A stretch of 64,000 bases of DNA from an uncultured Eggerthella sp. (GCA_958409415.1 CATYMO010000002.1:17547-81546), one strand, 5' to 3'. Shown: positions 38,121 to 50,560, numbered from the stretch's first letter. Program-made: numbers and translations. The notes: generated by a model not told the origin, from the letters alone.

Positions 38121-40154
38121 GTGGCAACATTCGAACTGATATTACTGCTTGCAGTTGCGGTTCTTCTGTCTTCTATCCTCGATCAGATCGTTCCTAAGGT
38201 CTCACTGCCGCTCATCCAGATCGGCTTGGGCGTCATCATCGCGTTTTTGGCGGTTTCCCCTATCGAGATCAATATCGAACCGGAGCTCTTCTTGGTGCTG
38301 TTCATCGCGCCTTTGCTCTTCAGCGATGCGAAAGATTCGAACAAGAAGAACTTATGGGATAACAAGGTGACCATCCTCTCGTTCGCGATCGGGCTCGTGC
38401 TCATCATCACGCTTTGCGTGGGCTTCATGGTGAATTGGCTCATTCCTTCGATCCCGCTCGCTGCTGCGTTCGCGCTCGGTGCGGCGCTTGGCCCGACGGA
38501 CGCGGTCGCCGTTCAGTCGTTGCGCAACGAGGCACAGCTTGGCAAGCGCGAAGGGGCCATCCTGCAAGGTGAAGCGCTCTTGAATGACGCTTCGGGCGTT
38601 GTTTCGTTCCAGTTCGCTATCGCCGCTGCGGTTACGGGCGCGTTCTCGCTCGCGGATGCTACCGCTTCTTTTGCGGTGAGCTTCGTCGGCGGCATCGCGT
38701 TCGGTATCTTTCTTGCCCTGCTGTTCTTGTTCATCTCATCGAAGGTGCGCGACCTTGGCCTTGATAGCACCACGTTTCACGTGCTCTTCGAAGTCTCAAT
38801 GCCCTTCGTTACCTTCCTTGTGTCCGAGATCATCGGTGTGAGCGGCATCCTAGCGGTCGTTGCGTGCGGTATTCTGTGGTCCATGTACAACACGCGTAAG
38901 ATCTCGCCGTATCGCTCAAGTCTCAATATCGCACTATCGAGCGTATGGAAGGTGATCGGCTTCACGCTGAACGGCATCGTGTTCGTGCTCTTGGGCATGC
39001 AACTTCCTATGGCCACGCAATCGACGTGGAACGATGTCTACATCAACAACTTCGCGCTTATCGGGTATGTGCTGCTCATAACGGTACTCATCGTGGTCTT
39101 GCGCTGGATCTGGGCGCTTGCCATGTCGCTCATCACGAAGAATCCCGATACGAATCGGCGCGATAAGATCAACAAGAAGACCATCGTCAATGCGCTCGTT
39201 ACCACGGTCGGCGGCCCGAAGGGCGCGATCACGCTCTCGATCATCTTCTCGATGCCGTTCTTGCTCTCCGATGGGTCGGTCTTCCCGCAGCGTTCGCTCA
39301 TCATCTTCTTGGCTTCAGGCGTTATCCTTTGTACCCTGCTCTTGGCTAACTTCGCGCTTCCCGTGCTCGCGCCGAAGGATGTTGAAGAAGACGAAGAGGA
39401 ACGGGAACACAACCTGCTCATGCGCATCGAGATATTGCGCACGGTCATCGAGCGATTGCTCGTTGAGGCAACGCCGGAGAACGATAACGCGACCAAGTTC
39501 GTGGTCGCATCCTATAACAATCGCATCGCGACGATCCGCGATTGGGTCGATATCGAACCACCGTCTTCAACGCAACTGCGCATTCAGGTGATCAATCATC
39601 AGGCGAATGCGCTCATTGAAGATATCGAAGCCCGCAACGTCGATCCCTATGAGGGTTTTGCCTATCTGCGCACGCTGCTCCACCAAAAGAATCTGCTCAC
39701 GCATACCAAACAGCGTTTCCTCTCGATCCAGATGCTGCTCATGAGCATCGTGCGCTTCTTCCGCGAACTGAAGAATCGCTTCCTTGCACTGCTCAATAAC
39801 GAATCCATGAAGGAGAACCTGATGCAGCATCAAGTTCGCATGATCTGTGAGCAGGAAGCAATCCGCTATCTTCATTCATTGGTGGATAATCCGAACTATC
39901 CGAGTGAAGTGGTCGCAAAACTGCTCATCGCTCACGAACGAGTGCTCGCTGCTTTGCAGAGCGATGCGGGACGTGCTGATCATGTGGTGGAGCAGGCTAC
40001 TACTAACAGCGATTCGATCCAGCGCATGGCGCTCCAGATCGAACTTGAAGTGGTCGATGATTACTATGCTTCAGGGAATATCTCACGCGCTGAAGCGAAG
40101 AAGCTTCGCGATAATGTTTCTCTTATGATGCTCGATCTGGACGATCATATCTAA
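38121..40154 (+). CDS. Na+/H+ antiporter of the CPA1 family (NhaP-type) with a long cytoplasmic C-terminal regulatory domain
   Basis: ~400-aa 12-13 TM exchanger core followed by a ~270-aa hydrophilic domain. Confidence 0.75.
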   Translation: MATFELILLLAVAVLLSSILDQIVPKVSLPLIQIGLGVIIAFLAVSPIEINIEPELFLVLFIAPLLFSDAKDSNKKNLWDNKVTILSFAIGLVLIITLCVGFMVNWLIPSIPLAAAFALGAALGPTDAVAVQSLRNEAQLGKREGAILQGEALLNDASGVVSFQFAIAAAVTGAFSLADATASFAVSFVGGIAFGIFLALLFLFISSKVRDLGLDSTTFHVLFEVSMPFVTFLVSEIIGVSGILAVVACGILWSMYNTRKISPYRSSLNIALSSVWKVIGFTLNGIVFVLLGMQLPMATQSTWNDVYINNFALIGYVLLITVLIVVLRWIWALAMSLITKNPDTNRRDKINKKTIVNALVTTVGGPKGAITLSIIFSMPFLLSDGSVFPQRSLIIFLASGVILCTLLLANFALPVLAPKDVEEDEEEREHNLLMRIEILRTVIERLLVEATPENDNATKFVVASYNNRIATIRDWVDIEPPSSTQLRIQVINHQANALIEDIEARNVDPYEGFAYLRTLLHQKNLLTHTKQRFLSIQMLLMSIVRFFRELKNRFLALLNNESMKENLMQHQVRMICEQEAIRYLHSLVDNPNYPSEVVAKLLIAHERVLAALQSDAGRADHVVEQATTNSDSIQRMALQIELEVVDDYYASGNISRAEAKKLRDNVSLMMLDLDDHI

Positions 40155-40199
40155 GCAGTGCTGCGCTGTCTCTAACGAGTCGTTTCGGGAATAGGGAAG

Positions 40200-42137
40200 A
40201 TGAACGATCAAAAGCTCGAAGATATCAAACGTCAGCTTGCTTCCGTGCCAGCGCTTCCAGGCGTATATCTTTGGAAGGACAAAAAAGGACGCGTCATCTA
40301 CGTAGGTAAGGCGAAGCAGCTGCGTGCTCGCATGCGCCAATACGTGAACTTCCAAGATACGCGCGAGAAGATCCCGCTGCTCGTTTCCCAGATCGACTCG
40401 TTCGAATACATCGTGGTCGAGAACGAGCACGAATCGCTCGTGCTCGAGAAGAATCTCATCCAGCAGTATTCGCCCTATTTCAACGCGGACTTCAAGGACG
40501 ACAAGAGCTATCCGTTCATTGCACTCACCACCGGCGATGTATTTCCGGCTATCAAATACACGCGCGAAGCTCATAAGCCTAACACGCGCTATTTCGGTCC
40601 CTATACTGATTCGCGTGCCGCGCGCGACCTTGTCGACATCACGCGCCGTATCGTGCCCATCTGCGCTTCTTCGTGTGCGGAATGGCGGCGCCTTACCCGT
40701 CGTCTTGAGAATTGTTCGTACGACGAACTCGAACTCTCCGACCGCCCGTGCTTCGATGCTCATGTGGGGCTTGGTCCTGGTGCTTGTTGCGGTGCGATCG
40801 ATCCAGAAGAATACCAACTTCTCGTAAAGCGTGTGGCGCGTTTTCTCTCTGGTCAGCATAAGGAATTCCTCGATGAGCTCGAGGAGAGCATGCAAGCCGC
40901 CGTTGCTGAGCTCGATTTCGAGCAGGCGTCACGCATCAAAGGCCGCATCGATACGATCAATTCGCTTGAGAGCAAACAGCACGCGGTCTCTTCGCTCAAC
41001 CTCGATTCCGATGTGATCGGCATCTACCGCGAAGAAACGATCGCGGGCATTTCGCTCATCAACGTGCGTGGCGGCAAGGTCATCAATACGAACGAATTCA
41101 TCTTCAACAAGGGCAAGGACGTTCCGTTCGAGGACCTTGTGCGTATGTTCATCCTGCGCTATTACGATAAGACCTCATCGATCCCGCACGAGGTCATTCT
41201 TGAAATGCTTCCCGAAGACAGCACGGTCATCGAAGAGTGGCTCACCGAAAAGCTGGCCAGCCCCTATGGTGCCAAGGTGAACTTCATCGTTCCCAAGCGA
41301 GGAGAGCGCTCAGCGCTCTTGCAGATGGCGAAAACGAACGCACGCCATGTGCTCATGCGCTACAAAGCACGGAGCAACTATGACGATGAACGCATCAATC
41401 AAGCACTGCTCCAGCTCGAAAGTGCGCTCGCGCTCGACAGACCGCCCTTGCGCATCGAGTGCTTCGATATCTCCACCATTCATGGCAAGCATTCGGTCGC
41501 TTCGATGGTGGTGTTCGTGAACGGCAAGCCCGATAAGAGTCAGTACCGCCGTTTCAAGATCCGTCTTGAGACCGAAGAAGCGAACGATTTCGCCATGATG
41601 AGCGAGGTGTTCGAACGGCGCTACAACGCCGAGAAGATGAAGGATGAACGCTTCGCCCAGAAGCCCGATCTTATCGTGGTCGATGGAGGTAAGCCTCAGC
41701 TTACAGCGGCGCTCAGGCAACTTGAAGAGCTCGGTGCTGCCGATATTCCCATCGCAGGCCTTGCTAAGCGCGATGAAGAGCTCTTCGTTCCTTGGCAGGA
41801 AAGCGGGCCGGTCGTATTGCCCAGTGGGTCGCCGAGCCTCTATCTGCTCAAGCAGGTGCGCGACGAATCGCATCGTTTTGCCATCACGTATCATCGCGAA
41901 TTGCGTCGCAAGGCTATGACCACGTCCATCCTCGACGAAGTGCCTGGGATCGGTCCGAAGCGCAAGAAACAGATCCTCAAACATTTCGGTTCGTTTTCAC
42001 ACCTCAAGCAGGCGAGCTTGGACGACATAAAAGCTGCTAGAATTGTTCCTGATAGTGTTGCAGAAGACCTCTATGAGGTGCTTCGTGCAGAATATGGAAC
42101 CGTTACGCTAGAAGCATCTCCGGATGATAAGGACTAG
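40200..42137 (+). CDS. uvrC: Excinuclease ABC subunit C
   Basis: GIY-YIG N-terminus (GVYLWKDKKGRVIYVGKAKQLRARM), UvrBC-interaction region, RNase H-like and HhH C-terminus. Confidence 0.9.
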   Translation: MNDQKLEDIKRQLASVPALPGVYLWKDKKGRVIYVGKAKQLRARMRQYVNFQDTREKIPLLVSQIDSFEYIVVENEHESLVLEKNLIQQYSPYFNADFKDDKSYPFIALTTGDVFPAIKYTREAHKPNTRYFGPYTDSRAARDLVDITRRIVPICASSCAEWRRLTRRLENCSYDELELSDRPCFDAHVGLGPGACCGAIDPEEYQLLVKRVARFLSGQHKEFLDELEESMQAAVAELDFEQASRIKGRIDTINSLESKQHAVSSLNLDSDVIGIYREETIAGISLINVRGGKVINTNEFIFNKGKDVPFEDLVRMFILRYYDKTSSIPHEVILEMLPEDSTVIEEWLTEKLASPYGAKVNFIVPKRGERSALLQMAKTNARHVLMRYKARSNYDDERINQALLQLESALALDRPPLRIECFDISTIHGKHSVASMVVFVNGKPDKSQYRRFKIRLETEEANDFAMMSEVFERRYNAEKMKDERFAQKPDLIVVDGGKPQLTAALRQLEELGAADIPIAGLAKRDEELFVPWQESGPVVLPSGSPSLYLLKQVRDESHRFAITYHRELRRKAMTTSILDEVPGIGPKRKKQILKHFGSFSHLKQASLDDIKAARIVPDSVAEDLYEVLRAEYGTVTLEASPDDKD

Positions 42138-42141
42138 ATAT

Positions 42142-43095
42142 ATGACTGAGCAAGCATCTGAAGCGAAGAGCACCGAAGAGCAACAAGGCGAACGCGTGGA
42201 GCCTACCGTTGTCATCATCACCGGCATGAGCGGGGCAGGGCGCACGGAAGCGGTCCATGCTTTCGAGGATCTTGGGTTCTTCTGCATCGATAATCTTCCG
42301 CCCGAGCTCATCATGAGCATCGTGAGCCTTGCGAATATCCCTGGTCAAAATGAAGGCTTGCGCAAGCTCGCCATCGCTTGTCCGATCCGCACGCAGAGCT
42401 ATTACGATCAGCTTGTTAAAGAATTGGCCAATCTCGATGAAGCAGGCATCGGATACCGCTTGGTCTTCCTCGATGCTACCGATGAAACGCTCATCGCGCG
42501 CTACAAGGCAACGCGTCGCCTTCATCCGCTCAGCATGGAGAACAACCTCACCATCGGCCAAGCGATCGAACGCGAACGCGAGCTCAATAAGGACCTGCCG
42601 AAGATCGCCCATTCTTACATAGATACCTCTCAGACCTCTACGCGTGTGTTGCGCGAACGCTTGCGCGAACTCTATTCGCTCGAGACCAAGCGTGAAGGTT
42701 TGAATGTGGTCGTTTACTCGTTCGGGTTCAAGCATGGGGCACCGGTCGATGCTGATATCGTCATCGACGTGCGTTTCCTTCCGAACCCGTTCTACATTCC
42801 CGAAATGCGCGTCCTTACCGGTCTTGATGAGCCGGTGCGCGATTTCGTGCTCTGCAATTCTGAGACCGAGGCGTTCTTGACTTCATGGAAGAATCTTCTC
42901 GATTGCGTGATGCCGGGCTATGTGGCTGAAGGGAAGCACCATTTGGCCATTGCGGTCGGTTGCACGGGTGGGCAGCATCGCAGCGTGGTGCTCGCAGAGC
43001 AGACGGCGAAGATCCTGAAAGAGGAAGACTATAACGTTTCGGTCTATCATCGCGACATCGCGCTGGCCGATACGGAAAAGGCAGCCACCAAATGA
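42142..43095 (+). CDS. rapZ: RNase adapter protein RapZ (P-loop NTPase)
   Basis: Walker A GMSGAGRT and conserved C-terminal region. Confidence 0.85.
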   Translation: MTEQASEAKSTEEQQGERVEPTVVIITGMSGAGRTEAVHAFEDLGFFCIDNLPPELIMSIVSLANIPGQNEGLRKLAIACPIRTQSYYDQLVKELANLDEAGIGYRLVFLDATDETLIARYKATRRLHPLSMENNLTIGQAIERERELNKDLPKIAHSYIDTSQTSTRVLRERLRELYSLETKREGLNVVVYSFGFKHGAPVDADIVIDVRFLPNPFYIPEMRVLTGLDEPVRDFVLCNSETEAFLTSWKNLLDCVMPGYVAEGKHHLAIAVGCTGGQHRSVVLAEQTAKILKEEDYNVSVYHRDIALADTEKAATK

Positions 43096-44225
43096 GCAGC
43101 GAGGCGTTCAAACAAGAGCCCACGCTCACGTCCATGTTCCAGGCGATCGATCGCATCGATACGCAATTCCCGCATGGCTACAACGACCTGAAGGCGGTCG
43201 TGATCGGTGGCGGCACGGGTGCGCCGGTCTCGATCCGCACCTTGCTTTCGATGGGCATCCAAACATCGGCGGTGGTGGCTATGGCGGATGACGGCGGGTC
43301 AACAGGCATCCTGCGCGCTGAAGCAAAGGTCACTCCACCAGGTGATATCCGCAAATGTCTTGCTGCATTCGCAGAGAACCCCGATGATCCGTTCACCAAA
43401 GCGTTCAAATATCGCTTCGAATTTGCGCGCAATCATACGCTCGGCAACCTCATGCTCTCCGCACTCGAGGAAGCAACTGGTTCTTTCCCTGAGGCGGTGA
43501 AGATCTGCGGCAAGCTGCTCGGCAGCAAAGGCAGGGTCTATCCTTCAACACTCAACAATGTGGTGCTCAACGCGCGCACACTCGATGGGCGCACCCTTCA
43601 CGGACAAGCGACCGCCTGCAAGTCGGAAACGGCGCTCGATACGGTTTGGCTCGAATCGACTGGTCAACCGATGCCTTATGTTGAGGCTATTCGCGCGATC
43701 TACGATGCGGATTTCATCGTGCTCGGACCTGGTTCGCTCTTCACTTCGATCATTCCGAACTTGCTCGTTCCGGGCATTCCTGAAGCGATCGAACGCTCGA
43801 AGGCCAAGACCATTTTCGTGTGCAGTCTTGCCGATCAACAAGGTGAAACCTGGGGTCTTTCAGCCATCGAACATGTTGATGCGCTGCGCCGCCACGGCAT
43901 CGGGCGCAATCTCGACTATGTGCTCATTCACAGCACGGAGAAGATCGCGCCACGGCAGGCGCTGCAGGATAGCTTCGAGGCTATCGCTGGTTCGGGTGCG
44001 CTTGCGAGCGCTCACCAGGAGAACAGGGAAGGCAAGCCGCTTTCCGCGAACATTCGCTCAGTAGAAGTAACGTATGAGGATATTCAGAAGATACAGCAGG
44101 ATGGCACCGTGGTGCTCGTGCGCAACATGGTCGATCCGCAGCGCCCCACGTGGCACTATCCGCCTGCGCTCGCTCGCGCGTTCGCTGATGTTTTCAAGCT
44201 GAATATGCCTTCTGCTGGAGCGTAG
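43092..44225 (+). CDS. yvcK: Gluconeogenesis factor / UPF0052 (YvcK, CofD-like)
   Basis: VVIGGGTG N-terminal motif; ATGA overlap with the rapZ stop. Confidence 0.85.
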   Translation: MSSEAFKQEPTLTSMFQAIDRIDTQFPHGYNDLKAVVIGGGTGAPVSIRTLLSMGIQTSAVVAMADDGGSTGILRAEAKVTPPGDIRKCLAAFAENPDDPFTKAFKYRFEFARNHTLGNLMLSALEEATGSFPEAVKICGKLLGSKGRVYPSTLNNVVLNARTLDGRTLHGQATACKSETALDTVWLESTGQPMPYVEAIRAIYDADFIVLGPGSLFTSIIPNLLVPGIPEAIERSKAKTIFVCSLADQQGETWGLSAIEHVDALRRHGIGRNLDYVLIHSTEKIAPRQALQDSFEAIAGSGALASAHQENREGKPLSANIRSVEVTYEDIQKIQQDGTVVLVRNMVDPQRPTWHYPPALARAFADVFKLNMPSAGA

Positions 44226-44229
44226 GCTC

Positions 44230-45174
44230 ATGTCGTTCACTACGGAGGTCAAAGAAGAGCTTTCCCGCGTTGCACCAGGGTGCTCGCATTGCGAGAACGC
44301 CACGCTTGCAGCGCTCATTCGCATCGAAGGCACGCTGCTCATGAAGGGGCAGGGCAGATACGCTCTTGAGATCGCGACCGATTCGCCGGTGGTCGCGCGC
44401 TTCATCATCAAGGCGTTGCATGAGAACTACCACCTCACGACCGACCTCACCATGCGCCGCAGCGTGCTCCATAAGACACCCAACTGGCTCATCGAAGTGC
44501 CGATGCAACCAGGACTCAACGAGACGTTGAAGGAGCTCGGCATCCTTGGAGAAGATGGGCTTGAGCGCGGTATCGATCCGTCGCTCATCGCGAAGCAGTG
44601 CTGCGCAGCGGCGTACTTGCGCGGTGTCTTCTTGGGCAGTGGGTTCATCTCTAATCCGCGCGGAGATTTCCATTTCGAACTCAAGGTCGAGACCGAGGCG
44701 ACCGCGAACGCTATCGTCGAGATGCTCAAGGAACGCGGTATCAAGGCAAGGGCCATCCAACGGCGCAACAGCTACCTGATCTACCTCAAGAGCGGCACGG
44801 CCATCTCGTCGTTCCTGGCGCTCGTCGGTGCTCATCAAAGTGCGCTCAAGATGGAGAACGAGCGCGTGGTGAAGAGCGTGCGCAACGACGTGAATCGTCG
44901 CGTGAACGCCGAGATCGCTAACCAGGCGAAGGCTTCCGCTGCCTCGGTCGAACAGATCATGACGATCCGCTATGTGCTCGAACATCGCGATGTTGCAACG
45001 CTTCCACAAGCGCTTCAGGAATACATCAAATTGCGCATCGCATACCCCGATGCAACCTTGAAAGAGCTCGGTGAAGCTGCCGATCCGCCGCTGTCGAAAT
45101 CTGCGATCAACCATCGTGTTCGTCGGGTCGAGCAGCTCGCACAAGAGATCGCGCGCAAAGAACAGCGCGGATAA
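44230..45174 (+). CDS. whiA: DNA-binding sporulation/cell-division regulator WhiA
   Basis: LAGLIDADG-like N-terminal region plus C-terminal HTH; conserved rapZ-yvcK-whiA synteny. Confidence 0.85.
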   Translation: MSFTTEVKEELSRVAPGCSHCENATLAALIRIEGTLLMKGQGRYALEIATDSPVVARFIIKALHENYHLTTDLTMRRSVLHKTPNWLIEVPMQPGLNETLKELGILGEDGLERGIDPSLIAKQCCAAAYLRGVFLGSGFISNPRGDFHFELKVETEATANAIVEMLKERGIKARAIQRRNSYLIYLKSGTAISSFLALVGAHQSALKMENERVVKSVRNDVNRRVNAEIANQAKASAASVEQIMTIRYVLEHRDVATLPQALQEYIKLRIAYPDATLKELGEAADPPLSKSAINHRVRRVEQLAQEIARKEQRG

Positions 45175-45361
45175 TGGGTGCAGCTCATGCGAGCTATCCT
45201 GCTCACGTGCATTTCTATGCCGAACGCCAGCCTGCGCCATGTGGTCAATCTTTAGATTATGAGTAGTTTTACTGGGGTGAATCCGCCGAACGCTCTGTGG
45301 GCAATCGTGTTTCTGGTATAGTGAATACGTTAGTTCATCTAGTTTGTCGCTTGTCGTATAG

Positions 45362-46423
<1,062 letters not shown>

Positions 46424-46496
46424 GTTTGGTATCACGGTTTGAACATGAAGGAGAGTATTTTCATAAATGCTCTCCTTTTATTTTGAAAGGATCACT

Positions 46497-47681
46497 ATGA
46501 GCGACCTCAAGTTATATACCGATGCCGATGTTTCGGGCAAGCGCGTGCTTGTGCGCGTAGATTTCAACGTACCGCTCAAAGATGGCAAGGTCGAAGACGA
46601 TACGCGCATCCGCGCTGCGCTCCCTACCATCGAATACCTGATCGACCATGGTGCGCGTGTTATCCTTGCAAGCCACTTGGGCAGACCTGATGGTACGGGC
46701 TATCAAGAAGAATTCTCGCTCGCACCGGTGGCTGCGTATCTGCAAGATCTGATCGGCAAGCCCGTCGCATTCGCTACCGACACCATCGGAGACTCAGCCA
46801 AGGAAACCGTTGCGGCGCTCGAAGATGGCGATATTGCGCTGCTTGAGAACTTGCGTTTCGACAAGCGTGAGAAGAAGAATGACCCTGAATTTGCTCGTGA
46901 GCTTGCTTCGCTTGCCGATCTCTATATCAACGATGCCTTCGGGGCTGCACATCGTGCCCATGCTTCCACGGCTGGCGTTGCGCAGTTCTTGCCAGCTTAC
47001 GCGGGCGCACTCATGGCAAAAGAGGTCAATACGCTCACTTCCATGCTCGACGACCCCAAGCGCCCCTTCGTCGCTATTTTGGGCGGTTCGAAGGTCTCCG
47101 ATAAGGTGAAGGTGATCGATGCGCTCATCGACAAGTGCGACAAGCTCATCATCGGCGGCGGTATGTGCTTCACGTTCTTGAAGGCGAAAGGCTTCTCAAC
47201 AGGCACGTCTCTTATGGAAGAAGAGTGGGTCGAACGTGCGGGCAAGATGCTCGAGAAGGCCAAGGAAAAGGGCGTTGAGATGCTTTTGCCGGTCGATGTT
47301 GTGTGCGCCGATGAATTTGCCAACGATGCTCGCAAAGAAGTCTGCACGGTCGTTGAGATGCCAGATGACATGATGGGCCTCGATATCGGACCAGCTACTG
47401 CCATCGTCTATTCCGAAGCGATCGAGGATGCGAAGACGGTGTTCTGGAATGGCCCGATGGGGGTATTCGAAATGCCTTCATTCGAAGGAGGCACGCGTGC
47501 GGTGGCCGAGGCAGTGGCGAACAACAAAGCGGCAGACACCATCATCGGTGGTGGCGATAGCGTTGCTGCGGTGAATAAGTTCGGCCTTGCCGATCAGATG
47601 ACCTTCATCTCGACTGGCGGCGGCGCTTCGATGGAATTGGTACAAGGCGAGCTTCTTCCCGGTGTTGAAGCTCTGAAATAA
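46497..47681 (+). CDS. pgk: Phosphoglycerate kinase
   Basis: RVDFNVPL…, hinge, and C-terminal ATP-binding motifs. Confidence 0.95.
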   Translation: MSDLKLYTDADVSGKRVLVRVDFNVPLKDGKVEDDTRIRAALPTIEYLIDHGARVILASHLGRPDGTGYQEEFSLAPVAAYLQDLIGKPVAFATDTIGDSAKETVAALEDGDIALLENLRFDKREKKNDPEFARELASLADLYINDAFGAAHRAHASTAGVAQFLPAYAGALMAKEVNTLTSMLDDPKRPFVAILGGSKVSDKVKVIDALIDKCDKLIIGGGMCFTFLKAKGFSTGTSLMEEEWVERAGKMLEKAKEKGVEMLLPVDVVCADEFANDARKEVCTVVEMPDDMMGLDIGPATAIVYSEAIEDAKTVFWNGPMGVFEMPSFEGGTRAVAEAVANNKAADTIIGGGDSVAAVNKFGLADQMTFISTGGGASMELVQGELLPGVEALK

Positions 47682-47692
47682 GGGGGGGATAT

Positions 47693-48472
47693 ATGCGTAA
47701 GTACATGATGGCAGGCAACTGGAAGATGAATAAGACCATCCCAGAGGCCATCGCGCTCACTCAACAGCTCTGCAATTACTACAACCGCGCATGGGACAAG
47801 GTAGAGGTGGTCCTGTGCGTTCCTGCGATCGACATTCGTCCGGTGCAGACGGTCATCGATTTCGATAAGACCGATATCGAAGTCGCTGCTCAGAATGTTT
47901 ATTTCGAGCCTTCTGGCGCTTATACGGGCGAGATCTCGATCCCGATGATCAAGGATGCGGGTTGCACCTACAGCATCGTCGGCCATTCTGAGCGCCGCGA
48001 GTATTTCTCTGAAACCGACGAAACGGTGAACTTGAAGGTCAAGGCGCTTGTTGCTGATGGCCTTGGTGCGATCGTGTGTGTGGGTGAATCGCTCGCTATC
48101 CGCGATGATGATCGCTATATCGAATTCGTTGTTGCGCAGGTGCGTGCCGCGCTCGCTGGGCTCGATGCAGAAGATCTTGCGCATGTCGTGGTTGCCTATG
48201 AACCTGTGTGGGCGATCGGCACGGGTCGCACCGCTACGCCTGAGCAGGCTGAAGAAGTCTGCGCGGCTATCCGCCAGACCATCGCCGACATGTTCACGGC
48301 GGAAGCAGCTGAAGCGATCCGCGTTCTCTATGGTGGTTCCATGAATGTGGGCAATGTCGATTCTCTGCTCGCGATGGCTGATATCGATGGCGGTCTTATT
48401 GGTGGCGCAGCGCTCGATGCCGATTCGTTCAAGCAGCTCATCGAAGCTGCCGCAAAGGCTTCTGAGGAGTAG
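47693..48472 (+). CDS. tpiA: Triosephosphate isomerase
   Basis: AGNWKMN, catalytic VVAYEPVWAIGTG. Confidence 0.95.
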   Translation: MRKYMMAGNWKMNKTIPEAIALTQQLCNYYNRAWDKVEVVLCVPAIDIRPVQTVIDFDKTDIEVAAQNVYFEPSGAYTGEISIPMIKDAGCTYSIVGHSERREYFSETDETVNLKVKALVADGLGAIVCVGESLAIRDDDRYIEFVVAQVRAALAGLDAEDLAHVVVAYEPVWAIGTGRTATPEQAEEVCAAIRQTIADMFTAEAAEAIRVLYGGSMNVGNVDSLLAMADIDGGLIGGAALDADSFKQLIEAAAKASEE

Positions 48473-48475
48473 GGC

Positions 48476-50032
48476 ATGACCGAGCGCTCTTCACTTACCT
48501 TGCCCGCATGCCTCATCATCATGGATGGGTTCGGGCTTGCGGATCCCGGAAGCGGGAATGCCATCTCTTTGGCAAACACGCCTCATCTCGATGAGCTTTT
48601 CGTCTCCTGTCCTCATATAGAGCTCGATGCTTCTGGTAAGCCGGTCGGTTTGCCAGAGGGCCAGATGGGCAATTCCGAGGTTGGGCATTTGAATATCGGT
48701 GCAGGACGCACGGTCCACCAAGAGCTCTCGCGTATCGATAATGCCTGCGAGAGCGGGGAGCTCTTCGAAAACGAGGTGATCGCCTCTGCGATGCGATCGG
48801 TCGTTGAGCATGGTTCTACCTTGCATCTTATGGGACTCCTTTCTGATGGTGGCGTGCATTCGAACAGCGCGCATCTTTATGCGTTGCTCGAGATGGCCAA
48901 GCGTCTTGGCGTGAAGAAGGTTCGCGTTCACTGCTTCATGGACGGCCGTGATGTGCCGCCGTGCAGCGGAAGTGGTTACATCGAAGAGCTTGAGGAGAAG
49001 ATCGCTGCTATTTTCAACGATGTGCCTGAGGCTGATGTGCGCATCGGCGTGATCTCGGGTCGCTATTATGCGATGGATCGCGATAATCGCTGGGATCGTG
49101 TCGAGCAAGCTTGGCGTGCTATTTGGCTGGGCGAGAACGCGACTGAGCGCAGTGCGCGAAAGGTCATGGAAGATTCGTATGCCGCAGATGTAACCGACGA
49201 ATTCGTTGTTCCGGTCAGCTTGACGGGCGAAGCGGCGAGTGCGCAGGATGCGTTCATCTTCTTCAATTTCCGTCCTGATCGTGCTCGTGAGATCTCGCGC
49301 GCGCTTTGCGACCCTGCATTCGATGCGTTCGCTCGTCCTGGCTGGGAAAAGCCTGAATTCGTCTGTCTCACCGAATACGATCCCACTATTCCCGCACCTA
49401 TCGCGTTTCCGAAAGTCTGCCCCGATCACGTGCTTGCCGATGTGCTTGCCGAAGAAGGGCTTCGTCAGTATCACATCGCAGAAACGGAGAAGTATGCGCA
49501 TGTGACCTTCTTCTTCAATGGCGGGGTAGAAGAGCCGAAAGCGCTCGAGACCCGCACGCTCATCCCTTCGCCAAAGGTGGCCACCTACGACCTTCAGCCG
49601 GAAATGAGCGAGCCTGAAGTCGCAGAAACGCTCGTGGCTGCGATCGATAACGATGAGGCGGATGTCTATATCGTGAACTTCGCCAATTGCGATATGGTGG
49701 GCCATACGGGCGATCTGGATGCTGCCATCAAGGCCGTGGAAGCGGTTGATATAGGTGTTGGTGCGGTCGTTGATGCGATAAAGCGCAAAGGGGGAGTGGC
49801 GCTCGTTACGGCTGATCATGGCAATGCGGATTGCATGATCGCAGAAGATGGCACGCCGTTCACCGCGCATACCACGGCTCCCGTGCCGCTCATCCTGGTC
49901 GATGGCGCGAATAAGGGTTATGCACTCAAAGATACGCGCGGTATCCTCGCGAATATCTCTCCAACGCTGCTCGATATGATCGGGATTCCGCTACCGAGCG
50001 AAATGACCGCAGAATCTCTTCTTGAAAAGTAG
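48476..50032 (+). CDS. gpmI: 2,3-bisphosphoglycerate-independent phosphoglycerate mutase
   Basis: iPGM N-terminal phosphatase domain (LIIMDGFG), catalytic Ser region, C-terminal metal-binding TADHGN. Confidence 0.9.
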   Translation: MTERSSLTLPACLIIMDGFGLADPGSGNAISLANTPHLDELFVSCPHIELDASGKPVGLPEGQMGNSEVGHLNIGAGRTVHQELSRIDNACESGELFENEVIASAMRSVVEHGSTLHLMGLLSDGGVHSNSAHLYALLEMAKRLGVKKVRVHCFMDGRDVPPCSGSGYIEELEEKIAAIFNDVPEADVRIGVISGRYYAMDRDNRWDRVEQAWRAIWLGENATERSARKVMEDSYAADVTDEFVVPVSLTGEAASAQDAFIFFNFRPDRAREISRALCDPAFDAFARPGWEKPEFVCLTEYDPTIPAPIAFPKVCPDHVLADVLAEEGLRQYHIAETEKYAHVTFFFNGGVEEPKALETRTLIPSPKVATYDLQPEMSEPEVAETLVAAIDNDEADVYIVNFANCDMVGHTGDLDAAIKAVEAVDIGVGAVVDAIKRKGGVALVTADHGNADCMIAEDGTPFTAHTTAPVPLILVDGANKGYALKDTRGILANISPTLLDMIGIPLPSEMTAESLLEK

Positions 50033-50093
50033 TAAGCTGTTTGTCATAATAAGTGTTTTGTATGGCATAAATCGTATGAGATAAGGGATCAAC

Positions 50094-50354
50094 TTGTCAG
50101 TACTCGCAATCATCTTTTCCGTCTTGCTCGTTCTTTCGGGCATCGGACTCATCATTTTCATCCTGTTGCATTCTGGTAAAGGTACCGGCGTTTCGGACAT
50201 GATCGCTTCGAGCGTGTATGGTACGAACCAGGGAACGAGCATCGTTGAGAAGAACCTCGATCGCATCACCATTATTCTGGTGGCGGTGTTCTTGGTATCG
50301 CTCATCGTGCTCATGATCATCTTCCCACACGGCACGATCAATCCTGGCCAGTAG
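50094..50354 (+). CDS. secG: Preprotein translocase subunit SecG
   Basis: 86 aa, two TM helices, conserved LLHSGKG…G motif; TTG start with RBS TAAGGGA. Confidence 0.8.
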   Translation: MSVLAIIFSVLLVLSGIGLIIFILLHSGKGTGVSDMIASSVYGTNQGTSIVEKNLDRITIILVAVFLVSLIVLMIIFPHGTINPGQ

Positions 50355-50470
50355 GCAGAATGAAGGCTTCGAGCGCGCTTCGTGCCGCTCGGAGTTCCGT
50401 CTGCAAGAAATTGTCTATCGCTTCTTGCAAGATCGCAAACTTTTGATAAGATAGACAGCGCTGAAAACAC

Positions 50471-50560
50471 GTCGGAGTGGTGGAACGGCAGACACGCTAG
50501 CTTGAGGTGCTAGTGCCCATTTGAACGGGTGTGCGGGTTCAAATCCCGCCTCCGACACCA
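50471..50560 (+). tRNA. tRNA-Leu (anticodon GAG), class II with long variable arm
   Basis: GTCGGAGTGGTGGAACGGCAGAC…; anticodon loop TTGAGGT; long variable arm; TPsiC GGTTCAAATCC; CCA encoded. Confidence 0.85.

Noticed and set aside
48491-49870. 459-aa minus-strand ORF antisense to gpmI; similar antisense ORFs at 60578-61411 (xseA) and 62175-62981 (ackA)
   Set aside because: Artefactual; the + strand genes are strongly supported.
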